Assembly: GCA_000467715.1 (NCBI GenBank)
Contig: AJFK01000728.1
Span: 62,001 to 92,195 of the forward strand
DNA length: 30,195 nucleotides
Direction: 5' to 3'
From: Hysterium pulicare CBS 123377
Taxonomy: Eukaryota
The notes beneath the pieces are model-generated. The model worked only from the letters and a program-made list of their open reading frames with translations. It searched no databases and was not told the DNA's origin. A program made the position numbers and the translations under genes. Of the stretch, positions 1-11,810 are shown one piece after another. Position 1 is the stretch's first letter, and every line of letters begins with the position of its first letter.

Positions 1-699
1 GAACGAGAAGCATGCCTCTCACTTCTCGCGACCGAATACGCAAACCAAAAGTACGGGGTGCGGATATATCCTTCCAGGAGCCCATCTTCAGCTCGAGAAT
101 CGTGGTCGATATCATCTTTAAGCACTGTTCTCGATGATCCAAAGTTCACAAGACAGGACAGACTACGACTGGCTGTCACGTTAGCCTCTAGCGTGCTTCA
201 ACTTCACGAAACGCCCTGGCTGGAAAAGAACTGGAGTAAAGACGACATCTTCTTTATTGACCGACCGGGCCGCAAAGTGTACGACCACCCCTTTGTCTCT
301 TGTCACTTCGACGAAAATGATGAAAGAGCCTCGTCTGCTACACCACAAATCCTCCGCAGAATCATACGCAATCAGGCTCTCTTCGCTCTCGGTGTCTCAT
401 TAATCGAGTTGTGGTACGGAAAACCTCTTCAAGAATTGCGAAGGCCAGAAGACTGTGATGGAAATCCGAATGACCCTACTTCATCCCTTTTGACAGACTG
501 GAACACAGCCGAACGTCTTGTCGATGAAATTTATACTGACGCGGGCCCGAAGTACAGCGCTGCAGTAAGACGCTGCATTCGGTGTGACTTTGACCGACGT
601 GCAACTAGCTTGGACGATAAAGCATTTCAAAAGGCAGTGTACAATGGTGTTGTGGCTCAGCTACAAGAGAACCTTGATTTCTTCTCAATTATCATATAG
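1..699 (+). CDS. 3' part of a fungal protein with a DUF7580-type (kinase C-lobe-like) domain; 5' end lies outside the window
   Basis: Frame 1 is open from base 1 to TAG at 697-699. Motifs RLRLAVTLASSVLQLHETPWL, WSKDDIFF, LFALGVSLIELW, AVRRCIRCDF and FQKAVYNGVV match my recollection of this widespread fungal C-terminal domain. Confidence 0.75.
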   Translation, partial: EREACLSLLATEYANQKYGVRIYPSRSPSSARESWSISSLSTVLDDPKFTRQDRLRLAVTLASSVLQLHETPWLEKNWSKDDIFFIDRPGRKVYDHPFVSCHFDENDERASSATPQILRRIIRNQALFALGVSLIELWYGKPLQELRRPEDCDGNPNDPTSSLLTDWNTAERLVDEIYTDAGPKYSAAVRRCIRCDFDRRATSLDDKAFQKAVYNGVVAQLQENLDFFSIII

Positions 700-744
700 G
701 CAAGGTAGCGTGAGGGGAAATATTTATCAAAATCCGATACGCGA

Positions 745-936
745 TGAGTGTCATTGGTCGTCGTACTATTGCTGTACAAGCCTGGAAAGATCTTATTCTA
801 TATGCTACTTTCCAAATGGTCTCAAGGATGGCAACTTGCTTTCATGCCTTTCCCGGAGTCTGATTCAGCTTTGTGGGCTGGTGCTAAGGAAGGTGGCAGG
901 CGTAGACTCACCCTCCTGAAACGATGCGTGTACTAT
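745..936 (-). pseudogene. Decayed copy A of an orphan microexon gene (5' exons only)
   Basis: Homologous to 24460-24666 and 11100-11330; 824-882 matches 24552-24610 at 46/59 positions without gaps. On the minus strand: ATA (possibly former ATG) 936-934, GTGAGT..CAG intron 911-860, 20-nt exon 859-840, GCAAGT donor at 839. Confidence 0.6.
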
Positions 937-1081
937 GCAGCAGTAACGGTCTTGAAGAAGAGTTTGATTAAGCTCAACCACGCGTAAGCGGCGATTATAC
1001 TTAAAGCTCTCATTTATGGTTGTTAATATATGAAACAGGAACACGTCTAAAAACACAGGACTCATACGCCTCTCATTCACA

Positions 1082-1612
1082 CTAAGAAGCATTTGGATCC
1101 ATCCTCCACTTGACACAATTCCCCTCCATCTTCCCGCCCTGTTTTCTATTCTCTCCATCCGTGTCACATTGATCTGTAATTTTCCTCAACTCCGTCCCGC
1201 ACACATCCACATCTACCTTCCACTCACACCCAGGCTTGATCTCGATACTCGTGACGATACTCACCGCAACAACCTCATTGCGATCACAACAGCTCCAGGA
1301 TTCAGTCTTCTCGTAGTAGTATTTGGCTTCTAGTGTCTTTCCTTTGATCTGAGCGCAGAACCGGTCAATCGCCTGAATCATCTTGTAGCGGTGTACCCAT
1401 TGTCCACTATTGTAGTACCCCAATGTATCCTTCGAGAAGTCAGGCGCCGTCTTCGATGGTGCTGGAGGGGGTGGAGGCGGAGGTGGAGGCGCGCTGGAGG
1501 CTGGAGGTGAGCTGCTAGACGGTGCATTCGATGGCTCGGGGGCCGCCTCGGTAGAGGTGGATTGAGAATCCGCAGAGCAAGATTCTTCTTCTGTATCATC
1601 AGAATGCACGGG
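1082..1612 (-). pseudogene. Orphan 3' fragment or last exon: Ser/Pro-rich linker plus Cys-rich C-terminal domain of a large secreted fungal protein
   Basis: No ATG or signal peptide; an in-frame TAG (also a possible splice acceptor) lies at 1615-1613. A poly-Pro linker precedes AIDRFC..CC..GCEW..CGTELRKITDQCDTDGENRKQGGKMEGNCVKWRMDP, a pattern I recall from C-termini of fungal secreted hydrolases and effectors. Confidence 0.6.
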
Positions 1613-1768
1613 CTATATATTTTAGGCGGAACCCACCTTCTCTTCCTCCAGACCATCCAACATTTCTCACAGAGCGGCAAAGTGTATATATTCTCTGATC
1701 GCAAGCTACCAAAGCCAATCCAAGATCCTTTCTCCCTATCATCGTGCACAAGCGACTTATTTTCAGCT

Positions 1769-2368
1769 ATGACATCAAACCAGTTTCATCGCGAGCCAAT
1801 TTATCGTCTCCGCTGGAACGTCTTCGGCGATATTCGAAATATCCAGGTTACGGATGACCCCAAGAGTGAGGATGCCAATCTATCGCCTTTCGAAGGCCAT
1901 CCCATGGCATCGGAATACGCAACAAGCCCTCCAAGATCTAGACTTACTGTTGGCATCATCCCCCTTGAAGAGCAGTGCGTGCATGACGAGGCTGATGAGG
2001 AAGATCGCTACGACGCACCGGAAAAGCTGATCATTCAAAAATCAGAAGGTGATTTTATCACTGTCGGTGACTTCGTCACTCAAGTCCACGACTATCTGAA
2101 TGCACATAAGCACGAAATCGTCGAGTACATGGACCAACTCTACGGCGGGATTGTTGATTTAGGTGATGGACAGATTGCAAAGGAGATTAATGCCGATGGA
2201 ATGATGGGCGGGAATATCCCCGAGGGAACTCAATTCTTCCTTGATTATATTGAAGAGTCCGTTCAATATGAAGGGAAGGATCTCAATGTTGACGTCGAGA
2301 TCTATGCAATAGGACAGGACGGAAGAACAGCCGAACAGTACTGGAAGACCCGCCGAGGTGCACGATGA
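1769..2368 (+). CDS. Intronless fungal hypothetical protein (199 aa, acidic)
   Basis: ATG at 1769 within the 1562-2368 ORF. RLRW, HPMASEYATSPP and FITVGDFVTQVHDYL resemble a recurrent uncharacterised ascomycete family. Confidence 0.7.
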   Translation: MTSNQFHREPIYRLRWNVFGDIRNIQVTDDPKSEDANLSPFEGHPMASEYATSPPRSRLTVGIIPLEEQCVHDEADEEDRYDAPEKLIIQKSEGDFITVGDFVTQVHDYLNAHKHEIVEYMDQLYGGIVDLGDGQIAKEINADGMMGGNIPEGTQFFLDYIEESVQYEGKDLNVDVEIYAIGQDGRTAEQYWKTRRGAR

Positions 2369-3509
2369 CTGGTGTAACGTAATGGGGGCCGTAAATAAAA
2401 TTGACTGTGATTCGGCGGCTAGCGTTGGAGATAAAGGCTATATTCATTTTGGTGGAGATTATGTTCCTGCAAGTAGTTTGAGTCCGAGCGTATTGTTCCT
2501 CCTTATCCCATGATCAGCAAATATATGCATACTTGTGCTCTATTACTATCGAAGAAAGATATTTCGCTTTTTCTCACCCAGATGTCTGAGGCACAGCGGC
2601 GTACCCTTGTAAGACTCAAATTTTCAGGAAGCCAAGGCTGACGGCCTTATTGCGGCACAGCAACAACACGGCTTTTAAGTAAACTCGGGGATTATTATGA
2701 TGAAGCAGTGTAAGTGAGAGCATTCTGAGCAGTTCCAGATCTCAGGCACAGCATTATGCACGTGTAAAGGCCCGGTAGATCAAGAACCGGCAGATGATTG
2801 CTTAGTATCTCGCGGAGGGAGCGCGTGAAATTTCGAACTGGGTATGTCGTTCGACGTCCGAACGATTCTATTGGGACTTTTATACACTGGAAGGCTTTGG
2901 TTTCTTTAAAAGTCGGAACACCCTTATCAGAGGCCATTGGATTAAGTCACTTGATCACAGATTCTGCCAACAAAAGTTTCTCTCGCCGAAGAATATTATC
3001 CTTCGGTCTCCAAGCAGTGTTGTGTGGCAAAGCACACCGTTTCCATGGCCGTCAAGGTGCGGTCGAGATCTGACTCAAAATCTTACAGCTTTGTTGAGGC
3101 TCAGCAAGGCAAAGTTGGAGCGGCAGAGCTTGATTACAGATTAGCGGCACGGGGCTGAAAACAAGGCAGATGCTGGGACCAAGGGCCGGCGACTAAAGGA
3201 TGTTAATATTGGTGCCTACTTTCTTGTCGATGCGTCTGAACTATCGTGGGAATTTGGGGTCCATACGTTGTCCGGATATGGGAGCCCATGCTGACAATCT
3301 TGTTGTCAAATTCCCGAGAGGTCTTCCTTTGGCGCATTGGTCCTTTTGTAAGAAACATAGTTTCAATGGTATGCTATGATGCAACAGCAATCTCAACAGC
3401 TTGTTCTGGCATTGGATTCTGTATTTCGCACCCTCCCATCCGCATCATTGGAGGGCAACTTAGAAGTCTACCCCCAGACCTTTTTTCTTCTCTGAACTAT
3501 TTTGCCTAC

Positions 3510-4472
3510 ATGTCTCATTTGAATTTCTTCGTGCTCCTTCTGGGTGGGGTACATCTGTTCACCGTGAAGGTTCAAGCCGCCGCTGGAGACGTGGTATGCA
3601 GATATACTGCCACGACACCTGCGAGCGTTAACTACTACACCTGCACTGATCTTGCCAACACTTACTTCATCACCGTCGAAACGTTCTTTAAACTGAACCC
3701 AACAGTAGACAAGGACTGCGAGACCATCAAGCCCAACACGGAGTATTGCGTCAAAGGATGTGAGTTTCCCTCCAATTATTCGACTTTCACACCAAGCTGA
3801 CACCATCTCCAGTCATACAAGATTCAATATCGAAAGATGGATTCTGTGGGCCGCAGCATGGCAACACGACTTGTATAGGCACCGACAAGCAATGAAGTGT
3901 GGTGACACTATGTGAGTCTTATCCCAAGTGACATCTGCCTCTTCTCCCCTTTTCTAATCATTCACCAGAGATGACTGCCAAGCCGAAACGTCTTTCTCTG
4001 GCGGTTGTTGGGAGTTTCCCTCCGAATACTCTACGGACGGTAAATGCGGTGGCAAATAGGGCGCCTGCTGTAATGCAGACGGTCTCTGCGGAAACGGCGA
4101 CGCCTTCTGTGGTATGGGGAAATGTAAGTCGGGTAATTGTACTATCATTATCCCGACTCCACCGCCAATTTCTGGACTCCCTTCGCCAACCTCATTGAAT
4201 GCCGCTGCGCTCACGGCAGGTGGACAAAGCCAAACGTCATTCTCAAGCGGTTGCCTCACTGCTAATGTGCCTACCCTTGACGGCTCTTGTGGTGCAAGTA
4301 AAGGGGGACATACTTGTGCGGGAAGGCCATTTGATGGTCAATGTTGTTCTTCTGGTGGATTCTGTGGAACTACAGATAACCACTGCAAAAAGGATGGCAA
4401 GTTTCCAACTGGTATTAAACATCTATAAGCTAATGTTGTTCTAGCCAAAAGGGTTATGGAAACTGCACATGA
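3510..4472 (+). pseudogene. Secreted LysM (CBM50) plus multiple hevein/CBM18 chitin-binding domain protein, disabled
   Basis: Signal peptide, then LysM (CTDLANTYFITVETFFKLNP..DC..IKPNTEYCV). Introns 3760-3812, 3912-3968 and GC-AG 4397-4444. Hevein motifs DGFCGPQHG, CCNADGLCG..FCG, DGSCG..CCSSGGFCG..HC. Lesions: frameshift/TGA at 3893-3895, in-frame TAG at 4057-4059, apparent deletion in KCG-GKWG, and one base missing in the A-run at 4387-4391. Confidence 0.9.
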
Positions 4473-5126
4473 GGGGCGGTTTGAACTGGCTAAGCCTTCA
4501 TATATCTTGTGATAGAATAGTTTATGCCTTTTGTGGTCTGATATCACAATTCGGGTCGCGCTGTTTTCATAACTTTAGATATGTATAGGTTCGTATTCAA
4601 ATTAAATTGCAACTATTAGCTTCGCAAAGGTTGTTGACAATGTCCTACAAAATGTAGTGACAGGATCTTTTACGCGTAACATGTGATACACTCATCACTT
4701 GTTTTTTTAGATTCTCCGATATTAATGAGAGGCTCCTTGAAAGCATTCCTTAACTAGTCTCGCCTACTAAAATACTAACCAGCTTAACTACAGCATAGTA
4801 ATAGAATTACTAGTAAAACATATCGTTATCAGAATCAACAATTACCTAGGTAGCAGAATAAAATTTTTAGTAGAATAAGCAATTAGTCAAATAAATCAAC
4901 GATAGACATGAATTACTCCACACTTCCAGCGCCCCTTGGTGGCATCAGAAAATTTGATCAGTTCTCTTGAAGACGATAACTCCACGCCTCGATTGTTAGA
5001 CAGAGAGAACTAGAACAAATGGCGTACATAATCTGGTTATCACGCGATCTAGCAACAGTAATCTCACCACCCCTTGATTGTACTTCCCACTTCCAACCAG
5101 GCCAGACCCCCTCTCTATTCACTTCA

Positions 5127-5581
5127 CTAAGGCAACGTACATCCCGAATGCCCCACAGGCGTCAACCCCGTATTACAAACTCCGACACGACAACCACCAG
5201 GCGCACATCCACCTTGAAAGGCATACGCATTCCCCGTGCATTGGTATACTGCCCAGGAGCACACATCGTTACAGACGCATGACACGCTACTGCAGCTGCA
5301 ATCATGGCAATCGCCGGTTTGACGGCAGTAGGAGAGGCCGAGATCGGAGGAGGGGTATTCTATGATAGGAATCGGTTAGTTGTAGCGCTTGGGAATGTGA
5401 ATAAGGGTGAAGGGAGATGTGGGTATGAGGAAACAGGCGATCATGATGAACCGTTTGGGGTGTGAAACTGACTGAGATCCTGCAAGATTTCCCATCCGCA
5501 ATAATTCTGACCTATGTTGCATTGCGCGCCTTGAGCTGTCGCGAAGCCAAAAATGAGCATCATCACTGGAAGAGACTTCAT
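5127..5581 (-). CDS. Small secreted cysteine-rich protein (113 aa, 14 Cys), effector/antimicrobial candidate; absent from ORF track
   Basis: Exons 5581-5473 and 5359-5127; intron 5472-5360 (GTCAGT..ACTAAC..TAG). Spliced frame is open: MKSLPVMMLIFGFATAQGAQCNIGQNYCGWEILQDLKYPSSDLGLSYCRQTGDCHDCSCSSVSCVCNDVCSWAVYQCTGNAYAFQGGCAPGGCRVGVCNTGLTPVGHSGCTLP*. Confidence 0.88.
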
Positions 5582-8330
5582 TGTTGGAAAGAGACGCCAA
5601 ACTTATGTGAACGAGATGGACCGGGAGGAAGTGGAATTGTTTGTCTCAGTAATCCTGCGGGCCGGAGAAAAGAGCACCTTATACGACGATTTCGAGCGCG
5701 TTGTCCCTCAAACCTTTTACGCGAGCATCCAATCTCTTCGTAAACAACAAAAGAAAGCCTCGGCAAACCGAGCATGTACTCCCGCCACGACAGCGAGGTG
5801 ACGTTCATGATCGTACAGGTACAACTGGCCACTCTCCCCCGCATCTGATTTCCAATGTGTAGGTTTGCTTCGATCAGCAGGATGAAATAGGTGGAAGTGG
5901 TATGTTTCGGTCGGACTTTTGACGTGGACAAGTTATTTATGCTCTCGAACTCTCGTGAAAACACCTGAGAATAGTAAGACGGCATCATCCAGGAGTTCTA
6001 GTTTATACGCTAGAAAGAGTACTGCACAGAAAGGAAATGACATCGAGATACTACACCAAGGGCTGAGGCACCCTGGAGCTTATTATCTTGCTCCCTTTGT
6101 AGGAGGTTGACCTCCTAAGAGACTTCAGCAAAGCTTAGAAGTGTATAGTGTAATGAAAAGTAAGTGTGAGTGATCAAAAGCAGTGTGGAATCAAGTGGTA
6201 AGGCAACAGAGTGTATTGTAGGAGAGACGAACCGCCAGCCGGCCATACTGGTACGATACCATACTAAACAGCGCATCACGTGACTTTGCTGTTCCCGTCA
6301 TATTTACCCTCCTTATACTTAGCTACATGTCCTAGTAAAAACAAAAATGCCGAAATAACCGTACAAATATAACGTACATTAAAGTGCCTTCAAAGGAATC
6401 ACTCACAAGGAGTATAGTTATTAATTGATTTCAACTTACAGGAGGATGTACATATAAAGATTATTTTCAACATCAGCGGAAGGCTGAATACGCCTCGCAT
6501 TCACATTACTAGCATCAAAAAAGCTATACAGATAGTCGTCACGATGCTGTGGGAGCGCTGAATGGAGGGGATCGCGCTCAAAGATGTTGGCTTGACGCAC
6601 GTGACTCGAAAGACTTTTTACACAATTGAGAGACCGCAGTAGAAGGTCTATGCGCCAGAAGTCTACATCACGGTCCAACAAGCCCAAGCGAGAAGACACA
6701 CCTGCATGCTTCTGCATCTCGGGCTGAGTCCTACGGCTGAGCAGTCGTATAGTTCTCGACGATGATTCGGAAGCTACATTTCGCTATAAACTCAGAGGGC
6801 TTTTGGCCTCGACAAGCCTTCTACCATTAGCATACGGATACGGTTCGTAGGAGATTGGTTCTATGGTGGAAGTTTAGGTGTTGACGAGGCTGCGCTTGAG
6901 CTAGCGCAAGGCTAATCCTATGGCAAGCTTTCCGCGGGTTGTGACAGGTGCCGGCATGCAGGTGCCGCTGTCAGTGTCTTGGTGGCAGAAGCCGATTCCC
7001 ACGCCTTACTCCATCTTTGACTGCAAATACCGTACGAATCGATAGCATGCAGGAATTGCTGCATAGTCTAGCATGCGTTTTGCCGAGTGAAAGATACCAG
7101 AATGATGGGCAAGCGACGAACCTGAGGCCCCTGCCAATCATTCCGCCATGCGTCATAGATTTTACCAGAAATGGAAGCGAGAATGCAACCCCGCTCGATT
7201 TGCTCAACGCTTGTACTGTTCTGTCATCCGCATTGCTCGATCAGCTCCGTCCTTTGCTTAACATCTGCAGGCTCCGGACTCCCCAAGTTCCAGACACATC
7301 AGCTTTCCCGTGCGAAGTCGCCGATTCCAAGATTCTAGACCACATTGTCCACGCGCATAACAGCCGCAAAAGCCCTGCATATCGCGACCAGAAAGCGGGA
7401 GTCGAGTGAGGGAAGTCTTTCGGTCCACCAGCTATGCATGGGCAAGACAAAAGTGGCTGGAGAAGGTGGGTCGGAGTGTGCGCAGTTTTGCTATTTAGAT
7501 ACAAACATTTATCCTGGGCCGGTAAGCGATCTACTATCCATCTTAGGCGTCAACGTCATGGCTCACCAAATATGGAGAAGAAGTCGCTCGTTTTTGGCTC
7601 AACGTTGCACCATTTAGGCAAAGGGTCGTATTTAGCTGGGTTTAGCTCAAAGCGCCATTTACTTAGCACAGCCAGCCGCAATTAAGCTTGAATCGAAAGG
7701 TGGAAGATCCTGCCCCCTTGTGGACTCGCAAGCGCTGCAGAAGACGAACAAGCATTCTCGAGGCATCCAAGCCACAGAACCCGACTTTGATTTAGATTGA
7801 ATATCTCCATCGCAACAGATGCTATTTGGATTCTGAAAAGAACGACATTTTGTCTTAGAAAAAAGCTCTATCGGAAACTGTAAAGAAACGTCTTATGATT
7901 TTTCACGTTGGACCACCAGACGTTGCTCTTTGGACTTAAATGTCGAATTTCCCACCAGAGGCTTAAGAGTGGCGCGCTACCTACGCAACAACGAAGGACT
8001 TGGCTAAATCAGCCCTTGAGCCGCTCAGCCAGCCACGATTCAACTATGAAAGCTTCCGTTTTTCGCCCAAAGCTTACGCGCCGCGAGCTCGTCAAGATCC
8101 CACTCTGATCTTTTGCCTGGACTGTGTCTAGAACTCTGGACTCACCACGTCAAGCTTCCCAGTCCGTCGCCGCGCTCAAAAATCGTTCAGCTCGACGCCA
8201 TTACCACATAGGACTAAACAATTAGCATGCAGTGTCTCCCAATGCTCGCAAGCAGATTTTTGAGGATAAAATGCTGCAAGATCCGCACCGTAAAGTTTAG
8301 TTGCGGAAGACACGCACTTCGCTCTTCAAC

Positions 8331-9645
8331 ATGCATTCTTTCAGCTTCCTCACCGTTGCCGCACTCGTTATAGGCCAAGCCAATGCCATCCAACCCACGG
8401 CATTCACGCAATCGATATGTCAGACTTACTATACATCCAAGTCTACTCAATCTAGCGTAACCAAAACCACTCGCACAATAACACTCAATCCTCCGGTTGT
8501 TGTGACTTACACGCCATCGACAATCGTCACTCCTGCGCCAACAACCAGTAAGTAGAATAAAAGTTTCCGCCATCTAGGTTACATGCTAACGCTCTGCAAG
8601 CTACAACGACGACGACTCTCACTACTACGACTACTCTTCCAGTTGTGACCGACACATTTAGTGCCACTATTACAAGTACCGAAACTGACTCAACGACGGG
8701 TAATCCCCCAGTGCGCATCGCTGAGTTTTTCGAATTCTAACCTTTCATCCAGCTACGGAAACGGAAACGGAAACGGATACTTACACAACTACAAGTACCG
8801 CTGCCGCCGGTGTTTCCACCGTCCCTATCCCCGATGGCTTCATCTATCCCACACCTACGCCCGGCGGACGCAAAGCTCGCGATGTATCCCCCGCCAGGCT
8901 AGGCGGTGCTCTGATCCCGCGAGCAGCAAAGCCGAATTCGCCTCATTGTACCAAGCCGTCCTCTCCCAGGTATCCATACAAAGTGGTTTGCAATGTACTT
9001 GTGGAGTCGATAATTCCCAAAACTTTCACCGTGACGGCGAAAAAGACGACGACTATAACTGCCGCAACCCCGACTAGCACGGCCACGCAGTCGCAAACGA
9101 CTACTTCTACATCGACGCTTCCTGATGCCAGCACGACGGTTACGGAGACGGATAGTACGACGACCACGCTTACGAGCACGGAAACGGATACACTTACGAT
9201 AAGGTAAGTTCAACTGCGTGGATCTTGTTACGTGCCATCAGCCCAACTCATTTCCCTATCTAGTACCACAGTAACCGCAACCTACACGCCCCCCGCTACA
9301 TCAACCTACTACCCCGTCTGCGCCACCGCCGCAAACCAAGTTTCAAATACCCCCTCCGGTGACATTCTGCGTCTCCTAGGTACAGGCAATGCAGTGGCAA
9401 GTGACTTCGGCACAAACAGCGCATACGACTGCTGCGTGGCGTGTTTCCAGACCCCCGGGTGCTACGGCTCGAATTACGGAGCTGGCTACGGCGCCATTAG
9501 TTGTGAGCTTGAGATCTCGGGGGATGGAAGCTGTCCTGCGAATCAGGGAGGGCTTGGGGGTGATTATTCGAATGGTGAGGTTACGGCTTTGGCTTTGACG
9601 TTTAGTAATGGGCCTTGTGGGTATTATCTGTTCCAGGCATCATGA
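8331..9645 (+). CDS. Secreted Thr/Ser-rich mucin-like cell-surface protein with C-terminal Cys-rich (Apple/PAN-like) domain, 382 aa
   Basis: Exons 8331-8547, 8601-8699, 8753-9203, 9264-9645 with GT-AG introns; phases join into one frame. Signal peptide MHSFSFLTVAALVIGQANA, Thr-rich tracts, YPYKVVC, and C-terminal SAYDCCVACFQTPGC..C..C..SNGPCG. Confidence 0.85.
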
Positions 9646-11099
9646 GGAATGGATGGGTGGATGGAGTTGGTAGCGATGATCTGGGGCTTGTGGAAAGTTT
9701 GATGGAGCTTTTATGCGAGTTTGTTAATGGAATAGCGTCATACAATGAGCATGTGTGCCATAATTTTAGAGATTCTACCTTCACCTTTCCTCAAGTAGGA
9801 AGGAATACATCTTGAACGCGGAGCGGCTAAGAGCTTCTCACTCCAGCGATATAGCATGAACGAATACACCCAAGAGGCAGGGCGTCTAGGAGCTTCTTTT
9901 TCAGTCTACCAATCAAAAAGAATGGAACATACCCTTGGCGCGTAGCATCTGAGGGCATTTTCATTCACACTCTGGAAAGTAGGTAATCGGAAACTCTCCC
10001 AGAAGTACTGCTTCCAAGACAGGTTTTGAAAAGTCAATGAAATTCAAGAAAGAGGTTTGGTCTTTAAGCGCGCTACTTCTCGTATAGGATCTATAACCCC
10101 CGAAAATCGAAAAGAACGATCTCAAGCTCAGATGCGCTGCCTCTCGGGCGAATGCCATTAATACCAGAAACCGCCTCATGAAATCTCCCCACACTCAACC
10201 TCTCATTTCGCATGCGAACTCCCTATATCGGCCAAATCCTCCCCGCCCTTATCCTCTCCTCCAAAACCTCTATAACAACTTCTCCACCATAGCGCATCAT
10301 ATCACCAACTTAAATCCCGTATAATCCATAAGCACATTAAAGACTAACCCCAGGCGTAGTCATAGAGGATAATCCATTACCCGACAACGATAATCCGTTT
10401 CCATGGTGTCGGTGTCGACGGCGACCGCGGCGGGAGTTACTTCGGAATCGGATGAGGCCACACAACATCTTGGATGAAGGGATGAGGTGGTGCTTGGTTG
10501 TCGGCGCTGTAGCTTGGTTGTGGGCGTTGCAGCTTGGTAATCGGGTTATGATTTGGTGGTGGGTTTATAAGGGTCCTGTGGACTTGACAGGTTTTGATGG
10601 TTGGTTATGGGAAGAACGGGAGGATGTTATATCTGCGGATTTCGAAGGGAGAATCGTTCATGCTGAGCTGTAGGTCGGCCAGTGATGGTAAGGCTGACGA
10701 GCGTGGTTAGCGCATGTTAGCGCAGAGTGTGATTCGGCACCTCGCTTACGCTAAATTTAAGGTTAAACTAAACGGGCATAGCCACCTGAGCCACACTGAC
10801 GTAGTTTCAGGGGCTTCCCCGTAGTATTTCAATAGGAAAAGATACTTTCGAATTAACAGAATGGGTGTGCTTCGGGGCTTTCAGATTTGATTTTGAATAT
10901 CCGAAAGAAGATATTATCATGAAGAGAAGGAGATCTTCCGAGCAGCTTAACTTTTTGGGCAGATTATACGGAATTGGTTAGATGCAGAGAAGGGATAAGG
11001 GGTAAAGAGTGTCGTGTTATGGAAAGAAATAAAAACTCTCGGAAGAGCCGCTTCCAAGGCAAATATAAAGGATTTGTATATTGTAGGTGGAAATACACC

Positions 11100-11330
11100 A
11101 CACAGATATCAGAGTCCGTCATTTTGGAGGATGGGGTTGCATCTACCATATTCTTTACCGCCAGCCCATGTAGACTCGGTGCAAAGCACTAAAGTAAGCT
11201 GCCGTGCTTGAGAATATTCGAAAGTAGCATAGAGAATAGGATCTATCGATGCTGGTATGGCTATGGAAGACCGTAGTACAATGAATAATGACGCCCACTG
11301 TGAACCTTCTATACCCTTCGCCGTGGAGCC
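11100..11330 (+). pseudogene. Decayed copy C of the orphan microexon gene (opposite orientation to copies A and B)
   Basis: Reverse complement aligns with 745-926 and 24420-24650. TAG acceptor 11171-11173, 20-nt exon 11174-11193, 46-nt GTAAGC..TAG intron 11194-11239; the next exon contains an in-frame TGA. Confidence 0.6.
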
Positions 11331-11460
11331 TTTACCTCATCGCCGTATCATCGCGCATCCTCGCAGGTGGCCGCAAACCGGAGCAGCTGCATTCATCCTG
11401 AAGCATTCAATATTCGCGCGTTCATATGTATGAAGCCACAAAGTGCGGGGTAACCCGAGA

Positions 11461-11696
11461 CCCCTGCGTTCCCGTCTCACAGCCCTACCACAGCCTCACT
11501 CTCGTCAACCCCTGAACGGGGCTGGAAGATGAATTCTATTTGCACGAAAAAGAGAAAAGCCTCGCAGCGGAACAATGCGCTGGTGAGGATCAAGCCGTTC
11601 ATGTGGTCTTACGCAAGAGATCTCGATCGGTAAATTGCTGATCAGCCTCGTGCACGCTTTGACGTCACTGGACCCTGACCGTCGGAAGCTGAGGGG
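11461..11696. promoter_or_regulatory. Three STRE-like motifs (CCCCT/AGGGG) upstream of the hydrophilic repeat gene
   Basis: CCCCT at 11461 and 11509, AGGGG at 11692, all within 350 bp of ATG 11811. Five-base motifs also occur by chance. Confidence 0.35.
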
Positions 11697-11810
11697 TAGC
11701 TCTGAACATTTAAACCAACAAGCTCTCCATTCGAAACAAACCGCCTCACCAAGCATCGCTAATCCACATATCATAACTCCCATCGCACAGACCCAATAAT
11801 ACCAACCACA

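Noticed and set aside
2690..3145. Long stop-poor plus-strand frame (YLAEGAREISNW..GHWIKSL)
   Set aside because: No usable start and no family recognised; possibly a relic but not supportable.
6100..6117. Palindrome TAGGAGGT-TG-ACCTCCTA as a Helitron end
   Set aside because: No CTRR terminus at the expected distance and no Rep/helicase remnant.
6436..7500. ORFs 6436-6717 and 6948-7409 as genes
   Set aside because: No recognisable motifs; they look like a fragment and an antisense shadow of an unidentifiable minus-strand relic.
9960..10670. Strand-skewed stretch resembling a minus-strand gene
   Set aside because: Stops in all frames and no consistent splice model found.
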